Shown: positions 63,082 through 64,000 of the stretch, in pieces
Layout of the letters: every line of letters starts with the position of its first letter
Numbering within the stretch: the first letter of the stretch is position 1
DNA from: Cystobasidiomycetes sp. EMM_F5
Taxonomy: Eukaryota
NCBI GenBank assembly: GCA_051047955.1
Contig: JBPGPT010000031.1
Coordinates: 62,001 to 126,000, forward strand
Direction of reading: 5' to 3'
Length of the DNA stretch: 64,000 nt
Notes under the pieces: generated by a model
Told to the model about the DNA's origin: nothing
Database searches by the model: none
What the model saw: the letters and a program-made list of their open reading frames with translations, nothing else
Made by a program: the position numbers and the translations under genes

Positions 63082-63522
63082 CTAACTTGTCTTCTCGCCC
63101 GTCGTTATAACATGGTCCTCTGAATTCATCTTGCCTAGCCCGCCTGACCGCTGAGCAGGTGTGCCCGCTTTGGCCTGTAAATTACGACAATGTCAGTCAT
63201 TCAACAGCGTATCAATATCAGCCAAGCGAGAAGGAATATGCCCCACCATTGCCTTTCCGATACTGTCTGGTCTGCCCGTCTTGCTGTAGTTGAAGAGCAT
63301 GATACCCCCTACGACGGCACCGATGGCTGCGACGACTGGCAGCGCGCCCGATGATTTTGTCGTAGCTCCCTGGTTCGAGCTGGGACTTGTAGCGTATCGC
63401 TTCCTGAGTGAGATTAACGCAGAATATCAGCCAGCTTGTCTGTATTGTCGAATATATATTATTCACTGCACGGCGATCTTGGTGACCCGGCTGGCCGTTC
63501 TCGCTCGGATTAATGACTGCAT
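63082..63522 (-). CDS. Small (~100 aa) single-pass, probably mitochondrial protein, three exons; not visible in the ORF track
   Basis: Spliced MQSLIRARTASRVTKIAVQ/KRYATSPSSNQGATTKSSGALPVVAAIGAVVGGIMLFNYSK...KAM/AKAG...EKTS*. Confidence 0.65.
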
Positions 63523-63787
63523 GGTTGTGACTGAGGCCGGCGTGGTATGTGCTGGTGCAGGTGTCTGGGTCAGTAAATGCGAAATGAAACAAGTAAAAGC
63601 AAAAGACTTGAAGGATTGCAAGTCTTTCTATTAGACATCGTCATCGATCGATGTGGATAGCGATTTCAAGAAACATTATATACAACACTGAGCGGGGCTG
63701 CCCTTGTACACTGATACACTCAGCAACGGCTACCGGATCCATCCACCCAGCGAAGCGAGCCACGCGATCCGCACTCTCTTTACCCCG

Positions 63788-64000
63788 CTACGACCATGTC
63801 ATCTCCCTCGACTTTTTCGCTTGAAAGTACTTTTGAAGCTTGTCGGGCATATCAGCAATACACTCGCCCACTTTGACTTTATCCCCACGTCGAACAGTAA
63901 AGATCATATTTTCAGGCGCCTCGAAGAGCAAGACGATCGTACTGCCCAGCGCAAACACCCCGACTTCTTCGCCAGCTCGTAGTGGCTTTCCCTGTAGCAT
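63788..64000 (-). CDS. PSD1: Phosphatidylserine decarboxylase, C-terminal end (partial)
   Basis: GEEVGVFALGSTIVLLFEAP...GDKVKVGE with the LGST self-cleavage motif. Confidence 0.9.
   Translation of the reverse strand: MLQGKPLRAGEEVGVFALGSTIVLLFEAPENMIFTVRRGDKVKVGECIADMPDKLQKYFQAKKSREMTWS

Noticed and set aside
1..64000. Prokaryotic-type systems (CRISPR, operons, IS elements), tRNA/rRNA genes, LTR or DNA transposons
   Set aside because: The sequence is spliceosomal-intron-rich fungal DNA; no repeat-spacer arrays, RT/transposase/integrase motifs or structured RNA genes were recognised by eye.

Overview
Gene-dense, intron-rich (mostly ~50-100 nt introns) eukaryotic DNA from a fungus, most likely a basidiomycete (possibly Pucciniomycotina; inference from gene content and intron style). 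About 27 protein-coding genes are supportable after manual splicing: a secreted carboxylesterase, Pal1, Faf1-like, a 4E-T-like eIF4E-binding protein, Med5, Gcn4/CPC-1 with its uORF leader, Yth1/CPSF30, a second bZIP, Vps20, Tum1/MPST, a LYAR-type zinc finger, TFIIB, SPF30, a SAM/tail-anchor protein, a Dal5-family MFS transporter, PNP1, an AT-hook/zf-4CXXC-like protein, a C2H2+Zn2Cys6 transcription factor, a BadF-type GlcNAc kinase, DPM2, a divergent FCY2-FCY1 pair, a small mitochondrial membrane protein and the 3' end of PSD1. The most notable observations are: (i) a Gcn4/CPC-1 uORF2 split by an intron whose retention would fuse it in frame to the bZIP ORF; (ii) two diverged, oppositely oriented paralogs of an LRR-like family I do not recognise, which share intron positions; (iii) a head-to-head cytosine permease/deaminase pair with a GATA-rich shared promoter; (iv) GC-AG introns and 8-10 nt microexons. 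No rRNA, tRNA, CRISPR array or clear transposon was recognised. All family calls come from motif recognition by eye, not database searches.
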